A DNA stretch of 64,000 bases from the NCBI GenBank assembly GCA_030390025.1, contig CM059431.1, forward strand, positions 113,462,001-113,526,000. Reading direction: 5' to 3'. Position numbers and translations under genes: made by a program. This document shows positions 23,327-36,635 of this stretch, piece after piece; positions within the stretch are counted from its first letter, which is position 1; the number at the start of each line of letters is the position of its first letter. This DNA comes from Squalus acanthias. Its lineage: Eukaryota. The notes beneath the pieces were generated by a model. It ran no database searches. It worked only from the letters and a program-made list of their open reading frames with translations, and was not told the DNA's origin.

Positions 23327-24462
23327 TGTGAAGGAATAAGCCATACAACCTATTCAGAAAAATACACTATCTTATGAAAGAATTCTGGCCTTATTAAAAC
23401 ATGATAAACTGGGTTTGGAAATTTAGCAACCTAACTATGAAATAGCTATGAAAGCATTCTAGCTATTGAGATAAGACAGTTGTTGACCCTGAATAAATAA
23501 CCTTATTGAAACAGAAGGTGAAGGGCTCCGACAGGCTGAACTTCTGGGAACAAAACAATGGTTCACCCTGGATAAGGTGTTCTAATTTACACTTCGTAAA
23601 GAAGCACATAAGATAAGGAACATCTGCCCTTGTAAAGATGAAATAAAGTAAGGAACACCTGCCATCACACCATTTTTATATGGTAAACTTAGAACACCTA
23701 AAGATGAGACATGATTTTGGCTGAGGTGGCTGTAAGAGTTGCAGAGGTTGGCAGAAAAATGACTAGAGATAATTAGCTTGCATCAGCAGAAAACCTTAAA
23801 TGAGATACCACTGGAAAAGGGTATAAATATTGAACTCTCAAATGGGATAACAGACTCGCTTTAATCGGGCAAAGCGATTCTCAGCTTCAGAGGCGGCTCT
23901 GTAGTCTTCAACTCTTTGTACCTCGGGGATCAAAGGTATTTGATATTGGTGAATATCCTGAATAGAACTTTAAGAACTGTAATACTGTAGCGAAGTTAGA
24001 TTTAAAAGTAAGATTATCTGTTAATAATAAGATAGCATTTTTTCTCTTTTTGGAACTGTTAATGTTGCAATTGACTCACCAACTCTAAATTGCATGTTGG
24101 TTCTTTAATAAATCTATATATTTTTAGAATTGTCTCACTTAAGACTTCTGTATCAAAAACTCGTGAACTCAATCTCTGTACACTCTTTGGTGAGGAGTTG
24201 CAGAATTCTGAGGGAGTTTTCCGGACCCTCATAATATCCGGAACGTTACAGTCTAGCTAAACTTATTAAAAGCGCTATCTGGAGGATGGTAACATTCTCG
24301 GGTTGTTCCTTTCCTTTAGGGAGAGATAGTCCGGACCTTTAGACCCAATTAAGCATCTTTAGGATTCGGCTACCTCAAACTTTAGTTGAAAGTGAACGTC
24401 TTGAGAAATACGCCTGATCCGGGGTAGCCCTAAAGGGGCTAGGACTAGTAATTATCCCTTCA
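23327..24462 (+). mobile_element. Probable solo LTR inside a MITE
   Basis: TG...CA ends, imperfect inverted ends TGAAGGAATAA / TTATCCCTTCA, 4-bp TSD AGTA, TATAAAT at 23822, AATAAA near 24107. Confidence 0.6.
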
Positions 24463-25134
24463 AGTATCCCTTTGGCTTGCCAGCTGGATTCAAACAAGGC
24501 CCGGACCTTGAAATGGTTTGGGGCCTCCTGATTGCTCCACCGACTTCACGCCCATTCTGGGCGGTTGAAAATTCACCGATGGTTTAAGTACTCCCAATAA
24601 ATGAAACGTCCAATTAAACTAATCTCAGGAGTATGCTTCAGTTCAGTTTTGGTATACTATAGTTAAAAACTGATGCCAAAATGACAGGAAACTGGTTCAA
24701 AGTGAGTAAGCAGCACCAAAGATGACCAGATTGTGAACTGTATTCCTTCCCATCAGGAAGGCAATGAGCATATGGGAAATGCAGTGACAATGCTCTTTCA
24801 CATTACATAGTATTTGTTAGTACCCCGCACCGTGGACCACATTTTATGAGTGCTACTGTTTGTTCTTCCTAATCTGCTTCTTGCATTTTATTCACAGTCA
24901 ATACAGGAAACTGCTTACTCATTATTTTACATGGGAAGTGATTTTACTGCTCACTTAAAAGATGAGAAGTCTGGAGATGCATCTCCGCATCATGGCCACT
25001 TAAAAGATGTACTGACTGTCATTCTTTCAAATCTACTGGCTTCTGCAAAGGAAAAAAATGATTAAAGCTTGAAACAAAATTAAAAGCACTGATACTGATA
25101 TAATAATAATTTATTCTGAGACATTCAAATTTGG

Positions 25135-25655
25135 TTCCATTCACCCATCACCCCTGTGCTCGCTGACCTACATTGGCTCCCGGTCTGGCAACGCCTCAAT
25201 TTTAAAATTCCCATCCTTGTTTTCAAATCCCTCCATGGCCTCGCCCCCTCCCTATCTTTGTAACCTCCTCCAGCCCTACAACCCTCCGAGATCTCTGCGC
25301 TCCTCCAATTCTGGTCCCTTGTGCATCCCGAATTTTCATCGCTCCACCATTGGTGGCCGTTCCTTCAGCTGTCTCGGCCCTAAACTCTGGAATTCCCTCC
25401 CTACACCTCTCTACCTCTCTCTTCTCCTTTAAAATGCGTCTTAAAACCTACCTCTTTGACTAAGCTTTTGGTCACCTGTCCAAATATCTTCTTATGTGGC
25501 TCGGTGTCATAGTTTGTTTGATAGCACTCCTGTGAAGCACCTTGGGACGTTTTACTACGTTAAAGACGCTCTATAAATACAAGTTGTTGTTGTTGTTGTT
25601 GGGTTGCTTTACTACGTTAAAGGCACTATATAAATGCAAGTTGTTGTTATTATTG
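25135..25655 (+). mobile_element. L2 3' fragment with a duplicated (GTT)n tail
   Basis: Matches 59660-60135; the terminal ~45 bp occurs twice. Confidence 0.88.
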
Positions 25656-27469
25656 AGACTGGGGATATTTAGATAACAGTTATTTTAATGCATTGATCGA
25701 TGGAGTATTTTAGAGATATAAGTCAAATTTCATTAAAAAAGGAAGCAAAATCTTTAGAAATAGAACTATGCTGGGATGTTCCAAGGAAAATGTGGCCTGT
25801 TCGCAAGTAATGTTAAACTAAAGTTATTCGACTCAGCCCAGATTGTACTATCTGGTGACTTGTAACACTATTAGAACTTGATAAGTCAAAAGCATGAACA
25901 GTTAATTATCAGACACAGATCCCACAATACTAAGAGACTACACAGCTTCTGAGGAGTTGCTGATATATTTGTGGAAGAATGCCAGCTGATAATCTCCCAG
26001 AACTGTTTTTTCCATCAAATGATTCATATTATTAACTGACTAAAAAACGTGAAAAATCAATTTATTACCGATTTCAATCTGTTTATCACTGTGTAATGTA
26101 GCTTGCGTAAACGACACATCAAATTCTATATATATATATCTATTTCTTAATTTAATAAAAATTAAAAGGAACTTATTGTTGGTTGCATTTTGCTGGCTTG
26201 GAATGTTGTTTTTGCTGCTTGCTCGACTGAAAATTTCAAAGACAAAATAGTTATGAATCAATTTTGCCAAATATTTGTTGAAATGCCAAAAAAGATATCT
26301 GTATAACCCCTTTCTGTAAGCTCGTCGAATCCTTCTCATGAACTCAGCATCGCACAGAGTGCAATGCCTGCTCTTTTAAAATATTTTCTTTAATGGTATT
26401 CTCGTCAGTCTAGTGTGCATACTTCTATTAGTTATTTTGGCTTCTCCTTACGTACATTGCTGGTCTGTGACTGAAAATCAAGGCACTCTGTCCTTCTGTT
26501 TACCTTACAATAGATTTGTTTACTGAGCTTCCACATCTAATTGGGTCATTCACCTTTAACCAGACCACTAAGGAATGTGCATTATGTTAACCAAGAATCC
26601 AAAGATGACTTATATTCTCAAATACTTATAATGAACCTAGTTAACCAACACATTGAACCAAAAAGCTGATTAATGACGTGAGTCCCTTTAACGACTATAT
26701 TATTACACATGCAACAATACTCTACATTAATCAGATACTGCCAAAAGATGAATCGGATTAAGATGTCTCGGGCTGTTTGATTGTTAGAACAATATTTGTC
26801 TTAAACCCATCTCACTCAAGTATCTCTACATACAAAGAAACTGAACAGTAGTGTGGAATTCTATTCTGGAGGCAAGTGAAAGTGGCTTCATACTGAGGTG
26901 GTGAGGGTTTTAGTTGCTATGGTTAGCGCAAGTGATTTATTATGAATTATGTCAATTCAGGAAGCAGCATTGTTGCTACCTCTGGAATGTTTTAATGTGA
27001 CATTGCAGTACTTGGGCAGAACATCATGCTGCATATGACAAATGTATACACTTGTGGCAGGATAGCGTGCTGCATCAGATCATTTGTCCGAGCTATGGGA
27101 TGGCGTAGCTATTACCCAAGAATTCTGTAAAAACTACAGATTGCTCAACAACTCCCCAGGAGACAAAACTTGAAACCACTGGAATATTTTTGTTGTGTTT
27201 AATTCCTGTCTGTGGTGAGAATTCCCATGGCTCTTAGATTATTTCAGGGAAGAAATCAGATACAGTTCATTTACGATTATCAGGCTTGCAGTCATCTGCT
27301 CTTCTGGATCAATTTTGAACTGTCCTTGTGCCCTCCAGTTGGGTAACATTCTTATTATCATTTCCCAGTAATCTAGATTCTGTTACTTGAACTGAATTTT
27401 TGGGGGGATATTTCATATATTCAGTTTAAATAAACACAGTAAATTGCTTGGAATGTGATACATAATTGA

Positions 27470-28132
27470 TCCAAGACCAGAGAGACCTAGGGGTTCACAT
27501 ACACAAATCTTTGCAGGTGGCAGGACGAGTTAATAAAACTGTTAAAAGAAACCATATGGGATCCTTGGCTTTGTAAATAGAATCACTGGTTAGACCTCAA
27601 CTAGAGTATTGCGTCCAATTCCGGGTACCACACTTTAGGAAGGATGTCAAGACCTTGGAGAAGATGCAGCGGAGATTCACTAGAATGGTGCCAGGGAAGA
27701 AGGACTTCAGTTGTGTGAAAAGACTAGAGGAGTTGGAATTGTTCTCAGAGCAGGGAAGGTTAAGGGGAGAATTAATAGAGATGTTCAAAATTATGAGGGG
27801 TTTTGATAGAGTAGATAGGGAGATGCTGTTTCCACTGGCAGGAGGGTTGGTAACCAGAGGACACAGATTTAAGATAATTGGCAAAAAAAGCCAGGGCGGG
27901 GGGGAGATGAGGAGTTTTTTTTAATGTTATGATCTGAAATGCACTGCCTAAAAGGCTTGTTGAAGCAGATTCAATAATAACTTTCAAAAGAGAATTGGAT
28001 GTGTACTTAAAAGGAAAAATTTGCAGGGCTATGTGGAAAGAGCATGGGAGTGGGACTAATTGGAAAGGTCTTTCAAAGAGCTGGCACAGGCACGATGGGC
28101 CAAATGGCCTCCTTCTGTGCTGTATGAGTCTA
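27470..28132 (+). mobile_element. CR1 3' fragment
   Basis: EKMQRRFTRMVPG...LRGELIEMFKIMRGFDRV...TRGHRFKI. Confidence 0.88.
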
Positions 28133-28954
28133 TAAACGTACTTAAAGGGGAAGCAAGTGGGTAATGAGTGGGGTGTTTATCTGGGGTCAGGTGACTACAG
28201 ATTGGGTCCTAGGTTGGATCAAGGTGCGGCTCCAATTGAAATGAGTTGCTCCGGAATTGAGGCACGCTTCCCCAGAGGTAACGTCACAGAGCAGGTCTGG
28301 TCGGTTTCTGTAAAGGCTACAAATTTGAGGAAATTTTGATAATGGTAAAACACATATTTCTAATGATGTTTCCCACATAAATATGGGTGGAGTACTTTGA
28401 ATAGAAAGTGCTCTCCCTACAGCTTCCTTCCCTTTCTTCAGGCTGCTGCTGTTAAATATGCGCACATAGTTAGTAGCAACATTGGATTTTTAAACGTCAA
28501 TAGATTGACACAAAAAGTTTTGAGAAGTTTGGTTTAGCTTCCATTTATATGCTTGTGGTTGCTTGACTCAGTTTGACAGTTCCACTGTGTATGCTGTAAC
28601 ACCTTTCTCATTTTAAGGAAAAAGCAGTACTTGCTGTTTTGTGTGCATTTATTCAATAATATCTTGCTCTTAATCTGAGGACTGTTTAAAAGACGATGTG
28701 AATGAAATTTGCCTATTGTATTATTCACATATGAAGAAAATGATTTTAAAGAGCCAAAGGAAGAATTCAATTTTAATTGTTGCCTTAAAAAAATCATAAA
28801 TTAGCATCTGACTCACTGATAGATATAGGATACTTGTTAATGACCAGTAGTTTCAATAAACTATCTTAAGCTGAACTGCACAACTCGTGGGTGCTGTAGG
28901 CTACCATATATACATCACCATACTTCACAATCTGAATATAATCTCATTATTAAT

Positions 28955-30255
28955 GGTCGGAGGCTTGCCACCTGCGTACGCCTCTGAACCGCAAGAAAAC
29001 TACGTACTTACCTTGTGTCTCCGGAGCTTCGGACTATTGCGGTCCTGGGCCTGCAGGTGTACGCCTGCAAGCGTCCCGGGGATCACGTGGGCCAGGCCAG
29101 CCAATGACAAATGGGGATTCCTATTATGCTTATGGGGATTCCATTTACGTACGGAATCTCCATGAGCATAATAGAAATCACCTAATAAATAAAATTTCAC
29201 AACACTGAAACAAAAATAAATGATCGCAGGTTCAAAATTAATTAAAATACCCTGGGCTAGAAATTGGGTAGCTGAGCACCTCCCGTTAGCGCCCGGCTGG
29301 CGCTAGCAGTTAGAGCCTCAGAACCCTGCGCCCCAGAGATCGTGACGTCATCCAGGGTGCACAGCCTTTCGTTAGTGCCCCATTAGCACCCCACCAGGAA
29401 ATTGAGTAGCACTCCCTCCACCTTTGCTGAGCGGGGGAGGGCGCTAATTAAAGGCATCGGCTGTCAGGTAGGCCGACCTTTAATTAGCGCCTCGGGTACG
29501 GCCTTTTGCCACTTTTGGCGCCACCGATGGGGCAGCCCTGCACTCTATTGGGTGCTTGGGGCTGCTCCTCGGGGCCTACGGGTGCCATTGCCCACCCATC
29601 CCCAGCCTTACCTGATGCTAGAGTAAGCGTTGGGCCCTTCCCTTTAATCTAGGGAAGGAGCCTCTGAGGCTGGTACTTCATTAGCGGCCTGGCGCTACTG
29701 GTCCGTTAGCGCCCTAAGTGAAGTGGTAGCGCTTGATTTAGAGCGCTAAAGCCAATATCGCAGTATGGGGCGTTAGTTAGCGCTGGGCACTAAACTTACT
29801 GCCCTGGCGATGGTGGCACTACCGAATTCCCCCCCCCCCCCTATAATTAAACTTTTAAAATAAAAATTAAATTTTTTGAAAAATACATTTAAACATTTTT
29901 AAACGGGACAAAAATAACCTAAACAAATCTTAAATGTAAGTGAATGTTTAAATCATTTAAAAAATGTTATTTTAACATTTTATTTTAACCCTTACGCTGG
30001 TAAAAGAAGAACTTACGCCTGCTTTTACCAGGCGTAAGGGTTTGATGGGTATTCGCTGGGCAGTAGTTGGCAAATAGCATAACTCTGCACCAGCCAAAGT
30101 GAATTTACAGCGGATACTTATGATCTGACAAGGAGAAACTTGACAGATCGCAAGTTCCTGATTTTCGCGCATGTGCATCGCACACGGAAACCCGGAACTT
30201 GCGGGGCCATTCACAGCACTCACGATGGCATCATAGGCCCTGTAAAACCTGGGCC
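28955..30255. mobile_element. Harbinger-type MITE containing a nested GC-rich MITE at 29254-29841
   Basis: Outer AAT duplication with imperfect TIRs; inner element GGGCTAGAAATTGG ... CCGAATTCCCC, similar to 53793-54565. Confidence 0.6.
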
Positions 30256-30274
30256 AATATCTTTATATAAGGCA

Positions 30275-30725
30275 GACCATAGAAATAAGAGTAGGCCATT
30301 CAGCTCCTCGAACCTGCTCCCCCATTCAATTAGATAATGGCTGATCAGTACCTCAACTCCATTTACCCGCCTGAGCTCCACATCCTTTGATACTCTGACC
30401 TAACCAAAATCTATCGATCTCAGTCTTGAAAGCTCCAATTATCCCAGCAGCCACAGCTTTTTGGGGGTGAAAATTCTAGATTTCTACAACCCTTTGTGTG
30501 AAAAAGTGCTTCCTGATTTCCCTCCAGAATGTCCGAGCTCGAATTTTAAGATTATGTCCCCTTGTTCTTGATTCCACCCGCCAGAGGAAATGGTTTCTCT
30601 GTATCTACCTTATCGAATCCTTTTAATATTTTAAACACCTCGATCAGATCAGATCCTGCTTACATAAGAAATAGAAATAGGAGCAGGAGTAGGCCAATCG
30701 GCCCCTCGAGCCTGCTCCGCCATGT
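30275..30725 (-). mobile_element. Two adjacent CR1 3' ends
   Basis: Two CR1 3' UTR motifs (at about 30275 and 30660) in reverse orientation, similar to 230-600. Confidence 0.8.
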
Positions 30726-31449
30726 CTCAATATAATTTCAAAACAACATCAGTTACCCAAAGCTAAAGTTTCCCTGACAAGAAGAGGTCACGGAAATGTT
30801 TCAATAGTTTATACCCTGAAGCTATTGACAGTCTTCATGCCTCTGAACTATCCGGAGAATGCTTGTGACAAGATTAACATTTTTGTATGTATCAGTTGAG
30901 CTTTAATTACTTTTTGATAATTGATTTTCTTCTAAAGGGTACATGTCAAAATTACAATAGAGCTAACATTTATAATCAGAGTGAGAAAATGCATTTTCTT
31001 ATCAGTCAGGAACTCATTCGGAGCTCCCACCAGGAAGAGATAGGCGTTGCTCCGAAATGGCTGTCACCCTACAGTGAGCTATGGAATCTGTACAAACAAC
31101 TGATTCCAAATTTATTGCGATTTTTTTTTTAAAAGACAAAAAAAATCTGAAAAACATACAATTACAAAATATTGCATATAACCAAATCGTCACATTTAAC
31201 AATAATTAAATTCCAAATTTTTTTGTATCAGCTCAAGAAAAAAAAAATATCGTTGCTTCTTTCTGGATTGCTTGCCTGCCTGGATTGCAATAATCTATTC
31301 ATTCTTGTGATGATAACCTACAATGCACACTGGGAATTCAGTTGTTCATTGTAACTGGTTCTTGATGAAAAGCTTTCAAAATTCATTTATGAGGTTGCAC
31401 TCCCAGTCCTTTTGAATCTCCTTGCCTTTATAGTCTGAACAGAGACTTC

Positions 31450-33100
31450 ATTGTTAGTTATATTTACCAATGTCATCAAAAAGAGGTTTATCTTGTGACT
31501 ACTTGACATCTCTTGTCCTCAACAAGGTTCTTGTCCTGGACATTCAATTGCAAATTGTTGCTTGGAGAGCAATTAAGGCCTCATTTGATTTGTCACTCAG
31601 TAGGATGACAAGGGTTCCAACTGTCTGAGGTCAAGGGGCAGCTGTTAACCCATGGAGAGCAACCACGATCCTTTAATAATTACAAGACAGATGAACAAAT
31701 GAAGATTTACAGTTTTCTATAATTGTTACTTGAGGCATTTGTGTTTTAGTCATGGACTCTTGCATGAAAAAAAATATAATATAGTCCCTTTGTTTAATTG
31801 TCATAACTCAAAGTGTGTGAATTTTGCTGTATCCTTGACAGTGAAAGTTACAATAGGTTAATAGCAGTTAACTTTTTCAAATCAAATACACAAACATGAA
31901 GGAATTAGGCTTTAAGTGCTGTAAGCCTTTAAGAACTTCTCCAAAGATTGCAGCTGATATTTTTTTCAGTACTGGCTAAGTGATGTCAGTCCAATAGCTC
32001 TTTAACCTAATATACATGTACAGATGTATATATATAAATATGATGCATTAATTAAAAAAAACTTAAAAATGGATTTCAGTCAGTGACGGATTGATTTAGA
32101 CTTTGAATTATGGAATTATTTATTTACATGAAGGCATCATTCTTATAGTTTTTTACTAGCTGCTACGTGTCTTCCAGCATGATCCTCAGGCAGCCTTGTA
32201 AAAGCCAAGAAAGCTTCCGTTGGGCCATCTATGAATCGCAACCAAGGTTACCAAATCCCTTCCAAACAGGATAAATGCTCGTTTGTCACCAGTGCTGGCA
32301 TGAGATGCAGTTCTGATCGCAAAACCCAGTGATGCCATATGTTTGTTTTACTCATTGTGGTTCTGGCCTACATAGGCTCTTACCAATTCACCCTTTCAGT
32401 TTGTTTCAACTGGCGATAATAAAATATTGAACTCCCAGTGGCTTTCCCATCTCTTTGAACACTGTCAATGGTAGGTATACCCTGGGTTAGCCCCAAAACA
32501 CAGAAAAGGTTTCCGTGCTAACTCCTCAGCAGCTACGTCAGCTGTTGTGCATCTAGTGGGGAATATCTCTAGCTATTTGGAGAAGTCACCGATTTCCAAT
32601 AAGTGCCTTTTGAATCAGAAAAGGGTCTAACAAATTTCAACCTCAGGTACACCCATGCAGCTATGCAAATTTCCACAAGCATTTAACTCTGTTGGAGCTT
32701 GCTGCAATTGTTTTGAAACTTGGAATACATGACAAGGCTTTACATAACTAGTGAGATCTTTTTTCTCATAGCCAGCCAGGAAGCTCCTTGGCAGAGTGGT
32801 AGCATTGTTTTGTGATTTCCAAGTGTGCATTCATGAGATGGCGATGGAATTCTCTGAGAGAAATGATTTGTAACTTCTCTGGCACATGTAACTGCAGGGC
32901 TGCCTTCAGATTCATAATTTTGCCTGTTCTGCTCAGCATGGTAGTACACAATGTCCTCCTTGAACATCACAACTGTGCTTCCCCTTTTCTCCAGTTGCCA
33001 TGCCAACAGTGCTCACCTGGCTGATCGGCTCATTTTGACCAGGATGAAACACTGCCAGTACTAGTTTCTCAAGTACAGCTTATAGTTGCTCCTTTGTGCC
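31450..33100 (-). pseudogene. Heavily decayed Gypsy/Ty3 integrase
   Basis: Minus-strand fragments LHVPEKLQIISLREFHRHLMNAHL and KKDLTSYVKPCHVFQVSK (HHCC zinc domain), EIFPTRCTTA, RAYVGQNH...LGFAIRTASHASTG...ILFGRD (core); many frameshifts; extent below 32150 is tentative. Confidence 0.75.
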
Positions 33101-33229
33101 GACCACACAATGGCTGGGATTGTCCTCCACGATCTTGCCCAAAATCAGGCAGGATTGTAGCGGAGAACGAGGGAACGTTAGGATGGTTAGACCTACCGCC
33201 ACCTCACTGACCTGACTGGGATTTCTTTC

Positions 33230-34140
33230 TGGCTGCAGCTGCCAGGACTGCCACTGACCCCTCCTCAAAATACCTACACTCGACCCCTCTGTCCTTGGAA
33301 ACTACCACCCCATGTCCAATTTCCCTTTCTTCTCCAAAGTGCTTATGTTGTTGCCTCCCAAATCCATGCCCATCTTTCCTGTGATTTCATGTTTGAATCT
33401 TTCCAATCCAGTTTCCACCCCTGCCACAGCACTGAAATGATCCGAATCAAAGTCACAAATGGAAATCCTCTGTGTCTGTGACCATGATACAGTATCCCTC
33501 CTCATCCTTCTTGACCTCTCTGCAGCCTTTGACAGAATCGACCACCCCATCATCCTCCAACTCCTCTCCTTTGCCGCGACTTGAATCTATTTTTATCCAT
33601 CCAGGCCTAGCCGTATCATCTTCTGTGAATAAATGTGAGAAGTCGCACAACACCAGGTTATAGTCCAACAGCTTTATTTGAAAGCACAAGATTTCGGAGC
33701 GCTGCTGACGAAGGAGCAGCGCTCCGAAATCTTGTGCTTTCAAATAAAGCTGTTGGACTATAACCTGGTGTTGTGCGACTTCTCACATTTGTCCACCCCA
33801 GTCCAACACCGGCATCTCCACATCACATCTTCAGTTATGGCTTCTCTTGTCCTCCCACATCATTACATCTGGAGTCTCCCAAGGATCTATTCTGGACCCC
33901 ACCCTCTTCCTGATCTACATGCTGCCTCTCCACCTCTCTACCTCTCTTTCCTCCTTTAAGAAGCTCCTTAAAACCTACCCCTCATCTGCCCTAATAGCTC
34001 CTTATGTGGCACGGTGTCAAATTTTGTTTTATAACGCTCCTATGAAGCGCCTTGGGACCCTTTACTATGTTAAAGGTGCTATATAAATACATGTTGTTGT
34101 TTTTGTTGTTGTTGCCCCTCGGTGACATCATCCAAAGACA
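33230..34140 (+). mobile_element. Decayed L2 RT fragments hosting a Penelope palindrome
   Basis: NYHPMSNFPF, HST, LDLSAAFD, SGVSQGSILDP remnants and a (GTT)n tail. Confidence 0.75.
33631..33825 (+). mobile_element. Penelope family A terminal repeat with inverted copy (76-bp palindrome)
   Basis: 33631-33706 is the exact reverse complement of 33715-33790. Confidence 0.9.
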
Positions 34141-36115
34141 TAGGATTGAATTTTGCCGGCGCTCAGAGGGCGGGTTTGGAGGCGGGTCCCCTGTCAAAAT
34201 CGAAATGATTGACAGCGGGTTGGGAACCCACTCCGAACCCGCCTCCATGTAAGTTTCCAAAATGTCGGGTCTGCGATTTCAGAACAGACCCGACACCAAG
34301 CGGCGGGGGTGGCATTTAAGATAGTCAAATGCTTGTCAAACGTTTGTTAACTACTATTTTTGATGCGGAGATGCCGGTGTTGGACTGGGGTGGACAAAAG
34401 TGAGAAGTCGCACAACACCAGGTTATAGTCCAACAGCTTTATTTGAAATCACAAGCTTTCGGAGCGCTGCTCCTTCGTCAGGTGAAGTCCTGACGAAGGA
34501 GCAGCGCTCCGAAAGCTTGTGATTTCAAATAAAGCTGTTGGACTATAACCTGGTGTTGTGCGACAACTACTATTTTGCCAGCCTTTTTCTATTTTCCCAC
34601 TTTTTTAACGAGGTTCCCGACATTCGGAGATCCCGTCAGGTAAGTAGGTCGGGTTCTCTATGTCTCCCCATTGCTGTGAATAGATGACAGCTGCAAAAAG
34701 TGGTATGAAAGATACCATTTCACAGCTGGTCACTTTCCAATGTCAGGAGCTTGAGCCTTCAGGACTTGGAAGACACTTTTGAGCTGTATGCAGTTTGAAA
34801 GTGTTTGGAGTAAACTCTCCATCCACTGTCACCTCCTTGGAGCAAGCTCTCTCACCATTGACAGATCGCTTCTGTCATCTCAACTGCAGCTGCCATCTAT
34901 TCCGGCAACATCGGTGCCCCTGAAAAAATCTCACCTTGGTCCTCTGAATCCCTCCACGATCGGCCCCAACACCAACACCACCAGGCACAGCAACATCACC
35001 AACAACATAACCAACCTTCTCCGCAATCACCTGATGCTGCACAGGACACAGGGCATCAGCATGGCCAGATTTACTTCACTTGACGGTGTACACCCTGGCT
35101 GCCACATGATGCGCCAGATTGACACCACCCCACAGCAGCACAATAAAGCATCCCTACAATGTCCAAGCCATTCCTTTCACACTCATCACAATTGTGGAGG
35201 GGAGTGGGGGGGGAAGTTATGTCTCAACATTCACTGGAACTCATGAAGACACTTCCAAAGGTGAGCACAGATCCTTTCAATAAGGTAAAGTGTTGAAAAT
35301 ATAGATTTCCATGCTTGACAACACATTACCAGAAAATTTACATAAACATTGCATAAAACATCCAAGTGCCTACCCTTGTGTGTTGTTAGTTGGTATGATT
35401 GCACTAGGATGAGGGGGAGTGTGAGGGCTGGCTAGTGAGATGGGGAAGTGATAATGTAGACAGAGAGGAATGGGTGGAGGTGCAAAGTAAGTTGATGTGA
35501 GTAAGGATGGGCAGGGGTAGGGTAGGGAAGGCAGAGTGATGGGGATGTGATGTGTGGCACAGCAGGATGAGGTTGGGTGTGGATTTGCAGTAACATTTCA
35601 TGATCCACTGAGATCATTGAAAGGTTTGCGCCACTGCAGCCAGGTCCTCCTGACCACATCCCTGCTTGTGTCCTCCTGTGCAATGTGCAACAAGCTGCGT
35701 TGGTCTCCTGGGGAGGTCTTCTCCGCCCTTGGAAGGGAAGAGAACCTCACTGCGTGCTGTGACTCTCTCCATAAGCATATGGAGGGAGTCATGCGGGAGC
35801 CTGGGTGCAGCCGTGCACCTTTGTACAGTGCTTGTCAGTGTTTGCAGCACCTCAATGCTGTAGAACACTGACAGCACAACTGTCAAAATGAATGTGGCCA
35901 TGGTCCCTTTAAGGAAACTGGCTGATGACGCGTCATCAAATGACGTCATCAGACCCACTTCCTTCTAATTGGCCGGCAAACGCGCAGGGCGGGCTTAACA
36001 AGCCCAATCAAGGGAAAATCCTTTTCACAGAGCGGCTGGAGCCGGGAGCGGGACCGGGACCCGCCAATGAACTCTCCCACTGCGATCCCGCCTCCGATGG
36101 CGAAATCGCGGCCAT
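34141..36115 (-). mobile_element. Non-autonomous Harbinger retaining a decayed Myb/SANT exon (about 35595-35850)
   Basis: Minus-strand APRLPHDSLHMLMERVTARSEVLFP...HIAQEDTSRDVVRRTWLQWRKPFNDLS; GC-rich termini. Confidence 0.7.
34361..34564 (-). mobile_element. Penelope family A terminal repeat with inverted copy; intact hammerhead motif at 34449-34485
   Basis: 12-bp TSD AACTACTATTTT (34349-34360, 34565-34576); arms 34407-34482 and 34489-34564 are exact reverse complements. Confidence 0.92.
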
Positions 36116-36635
36116 AGCATCTGTTTCCACATGCATGCTGACGACACTCAGCTATACCTCTCCATTACATTTCTCAACCCTTTCACTGCCTGCTTGTCCA
36201 ACATATAGTTCTGGATGAGTCGCAATTTCCTCCAATTAAACATTGGGGAGACCGAAGCCGTTGCCTTGAACTGGATTTATTTTTCATAATAATGGTAGGT
36301 ATAAGTATTAATTGCTCACTGATCCCTAAATCATGTTGAAAATCTAAGAGATGGTTGTCATCTACTGTTTATATGCAACTTTATGTAATGACACTGGGGT
36401 TGAAATTCCACTTAGCACTGTTAACGATTTTATTAAAAAAATGCATGTAGAAATTTTACCTTAACACATTAATAAATGTGCTATAAATAATGCTCCTCAG
36501 GAGTTCAATATCCTGGCTTTTTACAGTGTTGTAAATTTGATTTGTAACACATTTGCTTCTGCAGAAGCAATGTCACTCAATAACCTATTAAAAAATTCTG
36601 AAATTTCGTCACCCTATTAAAAATAAAATAATGTA

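Noticed and set aside
26040..26339. 99-aa ATG-initiated ORF
   Set aside because: Composition mirrors AT-rich DNA and no motif is recognisable; it could be a conserved non-coding element, but that cannot be judged from one sequence
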